DNA of 64,000 nt, from IMG/VR virus record IMGVR_UViG_3300020156_000025, positions 1 through 64,000 of that record; one strand, written 5' to 3'. Every line of letters starts with the position of its first letter. Positions within the stretch are counted from its first letter, which is position 1. The stretch is from a virus. A program made the position numbers and the translations under genes. Positions 18,562 to 29,237 of the stretch are shown piece after piece. The notes beneath the pieces are model-generated. The model was not told where the DNA came from. It made no database searches and saw only the letters and a program-made list of their open reading frames with translations.

Positions 18562-20277
18562 ATGCCACTTACCGAAGCAGAAAAGAAGCGGCTCGCGTTG
18601 CTACTGAGCAAGGCCACCCGCACCGCCGCGGAAGAAACCGAGTTCAAGGCCCTCGAAGCACGCGCTTTGGCCGAGAACCTCGTGCTGGACGACGCGTTCA
18701 AGAAAGCCTTCGGCGAATCCGCCGAGGAAGCCACCCAGCTCTCGGACGAGCAGATCAAGACCCTGATTGCCGGTGCCCTGAGCGCCGAGCTGGAGGGCAA
18801 GGGTCTGACCGCCGACAAGCTCGTCACCGCGATCAAGACCGCGCTCACCCCTGCCGAAGGCAAGGTGGTGACGAAGGAGGATGTCGAAGCCGCCGTGAAA
18901 GGTCTGGTCAAGGACACCGCCATCGACACCGCGGCCATCGTGGACGCCGTGATCAAAGCCCTGCCCAAGCCGGGTGCGGGACTCAACCGCGCGGACCTCG
19001 ACGCCGCCCTTGAAAACTTCGTCAAGGTGCACGCCCGCGACGGGTCCAAGCATCTCTTCCCCGAGAACGGCCCGGGTGCGAACCATTACCCGATCGAACA
19101 CCGCAAGGGCAACCTGTCGGTGGGGCAGAAGCAGATGCTGAACCTCATCATGGGCAAGTGCGGCTCGGACGAGCATTTCATCCAGACCAATACCAAGCGT
19201 CCGGTCGGGATGAACGACGGCATCAGCGAGAAGCTGCTGGAAACCACCCGCCGCGCGGGTGAGCAGCGGGTCAAGTCGCTCCGGGATTCCATCCTCTACG
19301 GCGGCAAGGCGCTGACCTCCACCGGAGTAGGCACGGGTGACGAGCTGGTCCCGACGGACCTTGCCTCGGACCTCCAGATGCGGATGTATCTGGAGTCGCA
19401 GCTCGCCGCCGCGCTGATCGCGTCGGAAATCGACATGCCGACGAACCCGTTCAAGCTGCCCCTCAAGACGACCCGCACGGCGTTCTACAAGGGCTCCGAG
19501 AACCCGGGTGCGAACCCGACCGCTTCCCAGCCGGGAACCGCGGACATCACGCTCGATGCGAAGAAGCTCATCGGTGTGGCGGAGTTCTCCTACGAGATCG
19601 ACGAGGATTCGATCATCGCGATCCTGCCGATGCTCCAAGAGGACATGGCACAGGGCGCGGCGTTCTCCTTCGAGAACGCGGTGATCAACGGTGACACCAC
19701 CGCGACGCACCAAGACTCGGACATTCACGCGGTGACGAACCACCACGCGAAGCTGTTCAAGGGTCTGCGCAAGCTGGCCATCGCCGGTGCGATGAACACC
19801 TCGCTGGCTACCGGCGGGATTTCCACCGCGAACATCGCCGCCCTTCGCAAGAAGATGGGCAAGTGGTCGATCAAACCGTCCGATCTCATGATCGTGGCGG
19901 GTCCGATGGGCTACAACAAACTGGTGATGCTCGACGAGACGCTGACCGTGGAGAAGGTAGGGGGCCAAGCCCGCATCCTCTCCGGTGTCGCCGCTTCGCT
20001 GCTCGGTATGCCGATCATCGTATCGGAAGCGGTCCGCGAGGACTTGAACGCTTCCGGGGTGTTCGACAACACCACCACAACCAAGGGGTCCATTTTCATC
20101 GTTCACCGCCCGTCGTGGTTGGTGGGTGTGAAGCGGGGCTTCATGGTCGAGGTGGACCGCGACATCCGCCAGCAGATCAACTTCATCACCGCGTCCTTCC
20201 GCCGGGACTTCGTTCCGAAGGAAACCGTGTCTGCCACGATGCCGCTGGTCAGCCTCGGTTACAACTACGACGCGTAA
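18562..20277 (+). CDS. major capsid protein (HK97 fold) with long N-terminal scaffold/delta region
   Basis: Helical N-terminus, then TGDELVPTDL...ITLDAKKL...ENAVINGD...LLGMPIIVS; strong codon bias; followed by a terminator. Confidence 0.92.
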   Translation: MPLTEAEKKRLALLLSKATRTAAEETEFKALEARALAENLVLDDAFKKAFGESAEEATQLSDEQIKTLIAGALSAELEGKGLTADKLVTAIKTALTPAEGKVVTKEDVEAAVKGLVKDTAIDTAAIVDAVIKALPKPGAGLNRADLDAALENFVKVHARDGSKHLFPENGPGANHYPIEHRKGNLSVGQKQMLNLIMGKCGSDEHFIQTNTKRPVGMNDGISEKLLETTRRAGEQRVKSLRDSILYGGKALTSTGVGTGDELVPTDLASDLQMRMYLESQLAAALIASEIDMPTNPFKLPLKTTRTAFYKGSENPGANPTASQPGTADITLDAKKLIGVAEFSYEIDEDSIIAILPMLQEDMAQGAAFSFENAVINGDTTATHQDSDIHAVTNHHAKLFKGLRKLAIAGAMNTSLATGGISTANIAALRKKMGKWSIKPSDLMIVAGPMGYNKLVMLDETLTVEKVGGQARILSGVAASLLGMPIIVSEAVREDLNASGVFDNTTTTKGSIFIVHRPSWLVGVKRGFMVEVDRDIRQQINFITASFRRDFVPKETVSATMPLVSLGYNYDA

Positions 20278-20321
20278 CGTAGGTTTTCCGGTCCACCTTC
20301 CTTGGTATAGATCGGTTGCAC

Positions 20322-20363
20322 AAGCTCCCTGCCCGCTAGTCCGGGCAGGGGGTTTGTTGTTTT
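20322..20363 (+). terminator. rho-independent terminator after the capsid gene
   Basis: Stem CTCCCTGCCCG / CGGGCAGGGGG followed by TTTGTTGTTTT. Confidence 0.75.
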
Positions 20364-20448
20364 GCACGCTGTGCAAAATAGGTGGAATCCCTATCGCGCA
20401 AAAGGAAGGGTTGCGGGTAAAAAACGGACATGGTAGCGTCCGCGCACC

Positions 20449-21510
20449 ATGAAGGTGTTCACATACAAGGGGGAGCCTCGGTCCGAGGGGCGCTTTGGTC
20501 TGATCCAGACCAATCAGAAGTTGGAACTGACCGAGGCGGAAGCCTTGTCGGTGGCAGGGAATCCGGAGTTTGTTCCGGTCACGAAACGGGGAGCCGCGGG
20601 GTCCGCGCGCGAGAAGGTGGCGCTGGCCGGGACGCCGTTCTACGACCTGCGAACCATCCCGTGGGATAGCCCGAAACTGGGCAAGTGGCTGTTGGAGCGG
20701 CGCAAGCAGACGCTCATGAATATCGCCGAGGCGATGGTGCACGTGGGGTGCGACATTTTCATCTCCGAACACGACAATGCTTCGGACATCGCCGACACGG
20801 TGCATGCGGAAGCCACCGCGAACGGCTGGCATCTGCTGGACGAGAAGGAGCGCGCCGCGCTGGGTAGCGTGGAGAGTGCCACCGCCCTTGTGCCGCCGGG
20901 TATCCGGGTCGGTGACACGGTGCGGCTCGCCGCCGCTGGTGCCGACGGACAGTGCATGAACGTGGCCATGCTGGAGCACGGGGTCGCTTACGTGCAGTGG
21001 GGGCCGCAGGACGACTTGAACGATGCGACCTACCCGGTCGATGCGCTGGTGAAGGCGGAGGAATCCGGGGAGCAGGAGGAGGGGGAAGAGACTCCGCCGC
21101 AGAACGTCACGCCGTTTACCGGTAACGCCGACGGGAGAACGGCCTCCGAGCCGACCGTCACGTTCCGCTCGCTGGGGGAGTTGGCCGATGAGTCGCCGAA
21201 ATCCAAGGCCGGGAAAAAGGCCATCGCCGTGATCGAAGCCGAGTGCACGCGCGTGGGGGTCGATCCGAACGTGGTCGAGCTGTGGGCAGACCTTGGAGGC
21301 ATCCTTGACGGGGAGGAATTCGAGGAACCCGCACCGGACGGGGAACCCGACGGGGAGGATGCCGCGACCGGAACCGGGGAAGAGACGACTTCCGAAGAGG
21401 CGGAGGGGGGCGAGACAGGAACGGAAGAAACCGAAACCGGGGGAGACGAAGGGAATGTTTCCGACGACGACGCTTCCGGGGAATCCACCCAATCCGACGA
21501 ACAATCCTAA
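20449..21510 (+). CDS. hypothetical protein with YodC/DUF2158-like internal domain and acidic tail
   Basis: IRVGDTVRL...MNV......V.YVQW...YPVDALVK; E/D-rich C-terminus. Confidence 0.6.
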   Translation: MKVFTYKGEPRSEGRFGLIQTNQKLELTEAEALSVAGNPEFVPVTKRGAAGSAREKVALAGTPFYDLRTIPWDSPKLGKWLLERRKQTLMNIAEAMVHVGCDIFISEHDNASDIADTVHAEATANGWHLLDEKERAALGSVESATALVPPGIRVGDTVRLAAAGADGQCMNVAMLEHGVAYVQWGPQDDLNDATYPVDALVKAEESGEQEEGEETPPQNVTPFTGNADGRTASEPTVTFRSLGELADESPKSKAGKKAIAVIEAECTRVGVDPNVVELWADLGGILDGEEFEEPAPDGEPDGEDAATGTGEETTSEEAEGGETGTEETETGGDEGNVSDDDASGESTQSDEQS

Positions 21511-21533
21511 CCGTCCGGGCTTCACCGGATATA

Positions 21534-21746
21534 TTGCTCATGTGCCAAGTGCATTTGACCGAGGCCACCGTCCGCCGCGCCGCCCTTGACAAGGGGTTGA
21601 GCGCCGCGGAGGTGGAAGAGAAGGTGAAGGCGTTCAAGGACGCTTCCACCGATGCCGCCCGCCTTGCGGTGTGGCGGTCGCTCCAGTCCGACAAAAACGG
21701 CATGGGGTATTCGACGAAGATCGGGAACGCTCCCGATCATGGCTGA
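21534..21746 (+). CDS. small hypothetical protein
   Basis: 70-aa ORF in the gap before the adaptor gene. Confidence 0.4.
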   Translation: MLMCQVHLTEATVRRAALDKGLSAAEVEEKVKAFKDASTDAARLAVWRSLQSDKNGMGYSTKIGNAPDHG

Positions 21747-21775
21747 TGGAAACGCGCATATACTAGAACCCTGTC

Positions 21776-22378
21776 ATGGCTTCGACCCTTTCACGCCCGT
21801 ATTGCAGTCTGTCCCAAGTCCAGCGCGAGCTGGGGAACCATACCCCCGAGATCGAGGACAAACTGAAGGATTGCATCAACGCCGCATCGCGGGCGGTGGA
21901 CCGGATCTGTGGCAGGGACTTCTGGTTCCATGATCACACCAGTTCGGGATACGTGGTGCCGAGAGCCCGGGTGATGGGGGAGCTGGTGATGCTGCCCTTC
22001 GAGGTCAGGACCTTGACGGAGGTGGTCTTGGACGATGAGGTCGTGGATGCGGAAGACTACGATTATCAGGTCGGGAAACGCGTGATCGAATTGCTGGAAG
22101 GGACGTGGGGCGCTAGCCCGTTCCGGGGAACCTTGACGGTGTTCGGAACCTTCGGATTCCCGCTGGCCGAGTGTGCGTCGGAGCAGGTGCCGCCCCCGAC
22201 CTTGTTCGCCGAGGTGAGCAGGGCCACGACACTGATTGCCGCCGCGTGGTCGCACGAGGTCCGGAAAGAGCAGGTGGCGATCACGGGGGAACGCATCTCG
22301 TTGCTGGAGTCGAGGATACCACCGGAGGTGAACGGCCTGCTCCGGCCCTTCCATAGCAACCTGATGGCGCACTTCTGA
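21776..22378 (+). CDS. head-tail adaptor (gp6/gp15-like)
   Basis: YCSLSQV...INAASRAVDRICGRDF...V.GTFGF...IPPEV..LLRPF; position after the capsid gene. Confidence 0.75.
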   Translation: MASTLSRPYCSLSQVQRELGNHTPEIEDKLKDCINAASRAVDRICGRDFWFHDHTSSGYVVPRARVMGELVMLPFEVRTLTEVVLDDEVVDAEDYDYQVGKRVIELLEGTWGASPFRGTLTVFGTFGFPLAECASEQVPPPTLFAEVSRATTLIAAAWSHEVRKEQVAITGERISLLESRIPPEVNGLLRPFHSNLMAHF

Positions 22379-22935
22379 TGGCGGGGAGAATCACCATCCG
22401 GGTGCAGGACGAGGCTACCCGCAGGATGCTGAACCGTATCGCCCGCGCGATGACGCCCGGGGCACAGCGGGCGGTCCTGACACGGGTGGCTTGGATCACG
22501 CATGCACGGCTGGTGAGGCAGACGCCGAAGCGGTGGACGGGGCAGACCCGGCGTGACTGGAAGGTGGTGCCCCGAACCGACGGATCGGTGGCAGTAACCA
22601 ACGAGTCGAAGGTGATGGGGTGGCTGGAACGGGGAACCCGTTCGCATGGACCCACCCGCGCGCAGAAATTGTTCGTGCCGTTGACGCGACGTGCCGCGCA
22701 GGCAGGCCCCCGGGGGGTAATGTATGCCAATCGCCAGCATCAGTTGAACCAAGCGTTCGGGGTGACAGGAACACGCCGCCGTCCGCCCTTCGTGCACGGG
22801 GTGGATTTCGTGTTCACGCGGCGCGTGAGGGGGATACGGGCCTTGCGGATCGCGGAGCGGCAGGCGGTGTTCGCCAAGGTGACGCTGCGCTCGGCGATGA
22901 CTCAATGGTTGCGCTCGGTGGTGAAGGGTGGTTGA
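22378..22935 (+). CDS. neck/tail completion protein (HK97 gp10-like)
   Basis: TPKRWTGQTRRDW...WLERGTRSH; basic; synteny. Confidence 0.65.
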   Translation: MAGRITIRVQDEATRRMLNRIARAMTPGAQRAVLTRVAWITHARLVRQTPKRWTGQTRRDWKVVPRTDGSVAVTNESKVMGWLERGTRSHGPTRAQKLFVPLTRRAAQAGPRGVMYANRQHQLNQAFGVTGTRRRPPFVHGVDFVFTRRVRGIRALRIAERQAVFAKVTLRSAMTQWLRSVVKGG

Positions 22936-22944
22936 TTCAAGGGC

Positions 22945-23511
22945 ATGGCCATTACCGATGCGATGCACTGGACCGCTGCCGTGTGGGAGCTGGGGGAGCG
23001 ACTGACTCACCACACCAAGAACGGCGAGCTGCTGCAAGGGTTGAAGTGGATTCCGACCAACCGCGCCCGGGCCGAGACGATGGACACGCTGCCGTCCTTG
23101 CAGTTCCGGTCGGTGTCGTTCACGCAAGCAATCTTTCCGGGTGCGCGTAGCACGGAGACATCCGACATGAGCAAACTGAACGTGGTGGTCTCGGACACGC
23201 TGGTGGTGCGGCTTGAACTGACTTCGGACGTGGACGATTTGTGGGTGCGACGCCAGCCGGGAAACTCGCAGCAGAAGAAGGGGCATATGGAGTGGATGGC
23301 GCTGGTGCGCGATGCGATCGAAACCGACACGGAGGGGGTGGTGGATTGTTCGCTGGGTGGCTCGCTGTGCCGTCCGATCATGTTCGCGGGAATGGAGCCG
23401 GAAGGGGGGTCGCTGGGGATGACGACGGTGATCGAGGTGACGCTGCCGCTGATGCCGAATTGCCGGGGAGCGTTGCGCAAGCTGTTCGCGCCGCACGTGG
23501 TGGGCGGTTGA
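22945..23511 (+). CDS. putative tail terminator
   Basis: Synteny between neck and tube genes; size. Confidence 0.5.
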   Translation: MAITDAMHWTAAVWELGERLTHHTKNGELLQGLKWIPTNRARAETMDTLPSLQFRSVSFTQAIFPGARSTETSDMSKLNVVVSDTLVVRLELTSDVDDLWVRRQPGNSQQKKGHMEWMALVRDAIETDTEGVVDCSLGGSLCRPIMFAGMEPEGGSLGMTTVIEVTLPLMPNCRGALRKLFAPHVVGG

Positions 23512-23582
23512 ATGTGGTTGACAATCGGGGCTCCGGTAGCAAGATGCCGCCTGAGTAATCCACCACCCAAAAATTCACGATC

Positions 23583-23936
23583 ATGGCATGCGGAACCGTA
23601 GTTGGACAGGCACTCGTGTTCGGGGTCGATGATGACGAAGCCACGCTCGTCACGCAGTCGGTCCAGCACACGAAGAAGTCGGACAAGAAAGAGGCCCGGG
23701 ACAACTGCGGTAACGTGGTTGCGGTGGCCTACTACAACGTCACTTCCGAGGTGACGGTCGAGGGTATCGGCACGTCCACCCTCGCGGTGGGAGCTGCGCT
23801 GACGCTCGCCGGAACCGGACTCGGCACCGTATCGGGTGCGCTTTACGTGGATGAGGTCACCGTTGAGAAAAACAACGAGGAGTTCATCAAATCCACGGTC
23901 AAAGCGACCGCCTACACGGGCATCCCCGTGGTCTGA
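23583..23936 (+). CDS. putative tail tube protein
   Basis: Small beta-rich T/V/G protein with strong codon bias, upstream of the chaperones and tape measure. Confidence 0.6.
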   Translation: MACGTVVGQALVFGVDDDEATLVTQSVQHTKKSDKKEARDNCGNVVAVAYYNVTSEVTVEGIGTSTLAVGAALTLAGTGLGTVSGALYVDEVTVEKNNEEFIKSTVKATAYTGIPVV

Positions 23937-24109
23937 TAGATTGCCTTGGCTAGGGTGTCGAAAACAAGGAGGGCCTTCTGGCTGGTTGGTTAATACCTCC
24001 TTTTTGCACACCTTGCAAAACCCCGCACGGGTTCTCGGGACAGGCCCGTGCGGGATTGCTTTTCAAGTCCCCTGATGACCCCGCGACCCGCGGCCAATGG
24101 GTAAAGCAC

Positions 24110-24562
24110 ATGACCGGAGAGCAGAACCCCCAACAGGGAGGAAAACCGTTGCGCAAGGTGGATGAGCACACGCTCGTGGTGCGCGTTACGGATGCGGACT
24201 TCGCCGCCGCCCTTGCCTCGGTAGGGGTGCCGTTCATGGACCCGCCGGTAATGGTCAGGGAGGACGCTCAGGGGATACGGCACGCGACATGGAATTTCGA
24301 GCCGTATGACCCGGAGAGGGAGCTGGACGTGCAGAAGCTCGTGGGTGCTCAGCGCGACCCGCTGAAATTCTGCATGGATCATCCCCAGCACGTGCTCACG
24401 TATGCGCTTGCCGCGATCCTGAACGCGAAGTTGTTCGCGAGGGTGATGGCGGAGCGGCGCGCGTTCATTTCGTTCGACCTCGGGAATGGCCAGATCATGC
24501 ATGTCATGGAAGGCTCGCGGAAGGCGCGACGCCTGACGGCCCGGGGGTTCAAACGGATCTAG
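24110..24562 (+). CDS. hypothetical protein
   Basis: ORF between the tube and chaperone genes. Confidence 0.55.
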   Translation: MTGEQNPQQGGKPLRKVDEHTLVVRVTDADFAAALASVGVPFMDPPVMVREDAQGIRHATWNFEPYDPERELDVQKLVGAQRDPLKFCMDHPQHVLTYALAAILNAKLFARVMAERRAFISFDLGNGQIMHVMEGSRKARRLTARGFKRI

Positions 24563-24594
24563 CCCCGATCATTCAACCGAGAACCGAGGACACC

Positions 24595-25113
24595 ATGACC
24601 GACGAAACTACATTGACTCCGGAGGAGCAAGAAGAGGCCGACCGCGAATTGCGCGAACTGGGGGTGCCCGCCCTTGCGGCGGCGGACAATCAACGGGAGG
24701 TGGACGAGCGGGTGTTTCCCGCGTTGCTGAAACCCGGTGGAGCGATCGCCGGGATTCAGGTGAGTCCGTTGACGATCCAGACGCTGATCGTGTTCCAGAA
24801 GTTGAATAACCCGATCATGCTGGGCAAGCCTCTCGGCCAGATCGAGAACGCACTGGAGAAGGCTGTCGAGGTGCTGACGGTGCTGCGCCTGCCGATCATG
24901 GAGGTGTCCCGCATGGTGGCCGCGAACGATCCCGTGTTCGAGGACTACGTGATGGCCACGGCTGAAAGTCTGCCGCTCGACAGGGTGGACCCGCTGGGGC
25001 TGATGCAGGAGATCATCGACTATGTGAACGCGGCCAGCTCGCCGCGCGTGGAAGGTAAGGTTCCGCCCGAGATCGAGAAGGCATCGAAAGGGCGCAGGTC
25101 GGGAAACAAGTAG
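24595..25113 (+). CDS. tail assembly chaperone (G)
   Basis: Upstream of the tape measure; ends in slippery G GGA AAC. Confidence 0.75.
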   Translation: MTDETTLTPEEQEEADRELRELGVPALAAADNQREVDERVFPALLKPGGAIAGIQVSPLTIQTLIVFQKLNNPIMLGKPLGQIENALEKAVEVLTVLRLPIMEVSRMVAANDPVFEDYVMATAESLPLDRVDPLGLMQEIIDYVNAASSPRVEGKVPPEIEKASKGRRSGNK

Positions 25114-25313
25114 GCCCGCCTTGGCCGCTCCGGCTGGCGGCTAAGGTAGCGGGCGTGACCAACCACGATGTCGGCTATGTCATCCGGGAAATGCCGCTGG
25201 AGCTGGTGTTCGGATACGAGCATCACGCGATGGTGGAGGACGGGCTCATATGCACGCCGATTGTTCCATCCGCGAATCAATTGGCGATTGAAGACCTGAT
25301 GCGCTCCTTGTAG
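25101..25313 (+). CDS. tail assembly chaperone -1 frameshift extension (T part of G-T)
   Basis: GGGAAAC at 25101-25107; the -1 frame is open for 70 codons (GKQVGPPWPLRLAAKVAG...EDLMRSL) to TAG 25311-25313. Confidence 0.75.
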   Translation, partial: GKQVGPPWPLRLAAKVAGVTNHDVGYVIREMPLELVFGYEHHAMVEDGLICTPIVPSANQLAIEDLMRSL

Positions 25314-25338
25314 GGTCCGCGACAGATAGCCTGAACCT

Positions 25339-28300
25339 ATGGCCAACAACGACCAGTCAGTAACCATCGCATTCAACGCCACGGGGGACGCCGTGGTCAC
25401 GCTGGTAAGCCGGTTGACCGGGGGGCTGGACACGCTCGCCCGGTCTTCCGCGTTGGCGGAAAGGGGGCTGAACCGGTTGTCGCAATCGTTCACCGGGATG
25501 GGGCAGGTGAGTGCGGCTGCCGCGGGTAAAATCGCCAACGGTTACAGTGCGTCGCAACGGGCGATGGAAGCGACGACGCTGACGGCGAACCAGTTCGCGA
25601 CGACGCTGAACCGGGTGCGGAGTTCGACATCCGCCGCAACGAATGCGTTGGCGGGGATGAGAACGCAGACCGCGGCGGTAGTGAAGGTGAAGCAGCAGGC
25701 CACGCGGGAAGCCAACAACCTCGGTCTGTCGCTAAAGACGGTGGCCCAGCAGGGTGCCGCGATGGCCGGGGTAACGGTCGGAATCGCGACGATCGGGAAC
25801 GAACTCCGGATGATCGTCTCGACCGCGGCGGATTTCGAGGAGGCTATGGCCGCGGTGGGTGCCGTGGGCGGGGTCGAGGCAGGGTCGTCCACGTTCCGTA
25901 GCCTTGAAGCGGCGGCGGAGCGGGTGGGGGACACCACGAAGTTCTCCGGGACGCAGGCCGCGCAAGGATTGCGGGAGCTGGTCGCCGCGGGTATGAGTGC
26001 CAAGGAGTCCACGACCGCCCTTGCCGACGTGGTGGATCTGAGCATTGCAGGGGAAATGGACATGGCGCGGGCGTCCGAGATCGTGGTCGCCTCGCTTACC
26101 GCGTTCAAGCTGGAGGCGGAAAGCACGGCACGGGTCACGGACGTGCTCGCGCGAGCCGCCAACGCGTCGCCAGCATCCGTCAACGATCTCGGGGAGTCGC
26201 TGAAATTCGTGGCCCCCATCGCGCAGGCGCTCAAGGCCCCGATCGAAGACATCGGAGCCGCCCTTGCGATCCTCGCCAACAGTGGGATCAAGGGAGGGAA
26301 CGCGGGCCGCGGTCTGTCTTCCGTGATGGCGAAGCTGGTCGCACCGACCGCGGAGGCTAAGTCGATGCTGGACTCGCTGGGAATCTCTCTGGAGTCGATC
26401 AACCCGTCCATCGTCGGAATGGAGCGGGCGATGGCACAGCTTTCCAAAATGAACCAGCAGACGCTGGTGCGGATGTTCGGGGTAGAAAACCTCGACATTG
26501 CCAACGTGCTCGCATCGAACGCGGACCGGATGGGCGAGTTCAGGCAGGCCATGTCGGACAGCACCATCACGGCGAGGGGGATGGCGAAAGCCATGTCGGA
26601 CACGCTGAAAGGGGACATGCAGGAGGCGAGCAGCGCGATCGAAGCGGTCCGCAAGGCAATCGGGAATCTGTTCAAGGGGGATCTGCGTTCCCGGGTGCAG
26701 GGGTTCACGGAGTGGTTGCGGGAAAACCAGCAGGCCATCGTCGGGGTGGCGGACACGATGCGCGACCTTGCCCCTGTCGTGGTCACGGTGCTGGGGCACT
26801 ACGTCGCGTTCAAGGGTTTGGCGATGGGGCTGACGCTCGGGAGGCAGGCCGTGGCGTGGGCTCTGGAAACCGCCGCGGTGGTGCGGAACACGGCGTCGAT
26901 CATGGCGAACGCCAATGCCCGCCGATACATGATGCAGGTCGGAATGTTCAACGCGGGTATTCCGATGGGGGTGGCCACGGCGCTCACGTCGAACGTGAGT
27001 TCGTTGTTCGCCGCCGCGTTCGGGGGAGGAGCCACCATTGCCGCGGTCAAGGCGGGATTGACGTTGGTGGGCAGTTCGGCCATCGCCGCCATCATCGGGT
27101 GGGGGCTGGGGAGTTACATCGAGTCTCAATTCAAGATCGGGGACCGGGTAGCCGCCGCGGTGTTCAAAACCTTCGATTCGCTGAATGCCGCCGCGGACGA
27201 TTCGATCAAGACGGTGCAAGGGATGATCGATGCGGCCAAGACGGAGGAACAGCTCGGTGAGGCCCGGGTGCGCGGGGAAAGGGAGCTTGCCAAATGGAAG
27301 GAGATTTCCAACCGGGCGGAGGACGAGTCGAAGACGCTGGCGGAGACCGTCGTGCAAACTTTGCAAAGACGGATGGAGCTGGCCGACCGGACGTTTGCGC
27401 GCAATCAGGCGAACCTCGCGCAGCAGCGGGAAGGTGCCGCCCTTGCCGAGGAGGAACTCAAGAGCAAGCAGGTCGCGCTCTACCACGAGGAGAAGGCGAT
27501 CGCGTTGCGCAAGTCTCAGCTCGACATGGAGAAGAGCACCCGGAGGAACGCCGTGGGCGTCAACCGGAATCTTCTGGAGCGGTCCGACGCCGGAACGAAG
27601 GAGGCGGCATACGATGCCGAGGAGCGTAGGATCACGTCGCTGGCCAATCACTACCGGACCCGATTCAACGCGGTGGCCGCGGCGGCGGGAGTGACAGTCA
27701 TCAACGGGGACCGTGAGATCCGGACCGTGGACGGGGTGATCGCTTACTTCCGTGCCGCGATGCGCGCCGCGGGTGAGACGGGGAGCGCGGCGGTCCGCGG
27801 GGACGCCAGCCTGCATATCCTGACCAGATTCGCGCAGAGTGCGGACGCGATCATCCAAGCCCGGACGAAGCTGAACGAGACCGTCGCGAAGGACGAGAAG
27901 GCGGAGGAGAACGCGCTGCTCAAGAAGCGGGACCTGATGCTGGAGATCCAGATCGCGGAAGCGAAGGCAGCGGGGAACAACACCGGGGCGGAGAGGCTTG
28001 AGAGGGAGCTTCGCGTCTTGCAAGAGAAGCGCCGGATCATGGACGAGTTGAAGGTGTCGGAACGCGAAGCGACCGCCCTTGCGACACGGAAGGTGGATGC
28101 GGAGATAGCGGCCAACCGACCGCCATCGGAGAGACCGGTGGACGTGGTGGCATCGTCGCTCCAGCAGGTAGGAGGCGGCGGGGGCTTCTTCATCGCGGGA
28201 ACACAGAGCATCGGGGAGCGGCAGGTCCGGCTTGCGGAACAAGCCAACGCGCACCTTGCTGGAATCGCGGCCCGGTTGGGGGTGGGACTCTCTCCGGGAA

Positions 28301-28455
28301 TCCTTCCGGGCGGGCCGCAGGTGACTGGATTGAACGGGCTCGGACGCACGCGGGAAACCGAATTGCTTGGACGGATCGCGGAGTTGCTGAACAGCATCGA
28401 CGAACGCGGTAGGCGCAATCCCGGGAGCACGGCGCTCACGGTGGAAACACTCTAA
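25339..28455 (+). CDS. tape measure protein (TP901 core)
   Basis: ADFEEAMAAV...TTKFS...AAQGL..L..AG...DVLARAAN...LGESLKFVAP...GIKGGNAG; 1038 aa, helical. Confidence 0.93.
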   Translation: MANNDQSVTIAFNATGDAVVTLVSRLTGGLDTLARSSALAERGLNRLSQSFTGMGQVSAAAAGKIANGYSASQRAMEATTLTANQFATTLNRVRSSTSAATNALAGMRTQTAAVVKVKQQATREANNLGLSLKTVAQQGAAMAGVTVGIATIGNELRMIVSTAADFEEAMAAVGAVGGVEAGSSTFRSLEAAAERVGDTTKFSGTQAAQGLRELVAAGMSAKESTTALADVVDLSIAGEMDMARASEIVVASLTAFKLEAESTARVTDVLARAANASPASVNDLGESLKFVAPIAQALKAPIEDIGAALAILANSGIKGGNAGRGLSSVMAKLVAPTAEAKSMLDSLGISLESINPSIVGMERAMAQLSKMNQQTLVRMFGVENLDIANVLASNADRMGEFRQAMSDSTITARGMAKAMSDTLKGDMQEASSAIEAVRKAIGNLFKGDLRSRVQGFTEWLRENQQAIVGVADTMRDLAPVVVTVLGHYVAFKGLAMGLTLGRQAVAWALETAAVVRNTASIMANANARRYMMQVGMFNAGIPMGVATALTSNVSSLFAAAFGGGATIAAVKAGLTLVGSSAIAAIIGWGLGSYIESQFKIGDRVAAAVFKTFDSLNAAADDSIKTVQGMIDAAKTEEQLGEARVRGERELAKWKEISNRAEDESKTLAETVVQTLQRRMELADRTFARNQANLAQQREGAALAEEELKSKQVALYHEEKAIALRKSQLDMEKSTRRNAVGVNRNLLERSDAGTKEAAYDAEERRITSLANHYRTRFNAVAAAAGVTVINGDREIRTVDGVIAYFRAAMRAAGETGSAAVRGDASLHILTRFAQSADAIIQARTKLNETVAKDEKAEENALLKKRDLMLEIQIAEAKAAGNNTGAERLERELRVLQEKRRIMDELKVSEREATALATRKVDAEIAANRPPSERPVDVVASSLQQVGGGGGFFIAGTQSIGERQVRLAEQANAHLAGIAARLGVGLSPGILPGGPQVTGLNGLGRTRETELLGRIAELLNSIDERGRRNPGSTALTVETL

Positions 28456-28466
28456 CCTAGACACTC

Positions 28467-29234
28467 ATGCCCATAGACTATGATACGACGCTCCCGGGGG
28501 TGGTATGGCGGAATGGCCAGAAGCTCGCGACCTTGCTTGAGACCACGGGGGGTGAGGTGGTGTTCGACGACGTTGGGGTCGCTTCGGGCACGCTGGTCTA
28601 TCAATGCATGTATGCGAACTCGGTCGCCCTTGTGGCTAGCTTCACCCGGCATCCCAGCTTCGCGTTCCTGAAACGGAAGAATGCCCGGATCGTGCGCGAG
28701 GAGGCCGGGATGGCGAGGGTGACGATCAATTTCGAGGGTATTCCGACGGGGGAAGAAAACGAGAACCGCAAGACCTATACGCTCCACGGGGGGACGGGAA
28801 CGGAGCCGATCGAATCGCACACCCAGTTCGGGACTTTTGCAGGGAAGTGGAACGATCCCGCGACGTGGGTAAACGGTGCCCGGTTCGCCACGCAAGGGGA
28901 GGACAGGGGCAAGTTCTTGGGCTTCGTGGCCGCGCAGGGGGACGATGACCCGAATCCGAAAGCGGGGGTGCAGTCCTACTATGCGCCCACGCTGGTGTAT
29001 TCGGAGGTGGAGCTGCGGTCCAAGGCGAACTCGTCGAGCATCGCGGTGAACATGAACAACCTAGGCAAGATCGACACGCCCCCCAATTCCGACGTGCTGC
29101 CGCAGGTGTCGTCGGGGAGGGACTGGCTGCTGACGGATTGCACGGTGGAGGAGGTGGGGGACGGGGTTCGGATCACCCGCCGCTGGAGATTGTCGGGACG
29201 GAACGGGTGGGACCCGGACATTTACGGAGATTGA
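28467..29234 (+). CDS. tail protein downstream of the tape measure
   Basis: Synteny; ends WDPDIYG. Confidence 0.6.
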   Translation: MPIDYDTTLPGVVWRNGQKLATLLETTGGEVVFDDVGVASGTLVYQCMYANSVALVASFTRHPSFAFLKRKNARIVREEAGMARVTINFEGIPTGEENENRKTYTLHGGTGTEPIESHTQFGTFAGKWNDPATWVNGARFATQGEDRGKFLGFVAAQGDDDPNPKAGVQSYYAPTLVYSEVELRSKANSSSIAVNMNNLGKIDTPPNSDVLPQVSSGRDWLLTDCTVEEVGDGVRITRRWRLSGRNGWDPDIYGD

Positions 29235-29237
29235 CCT

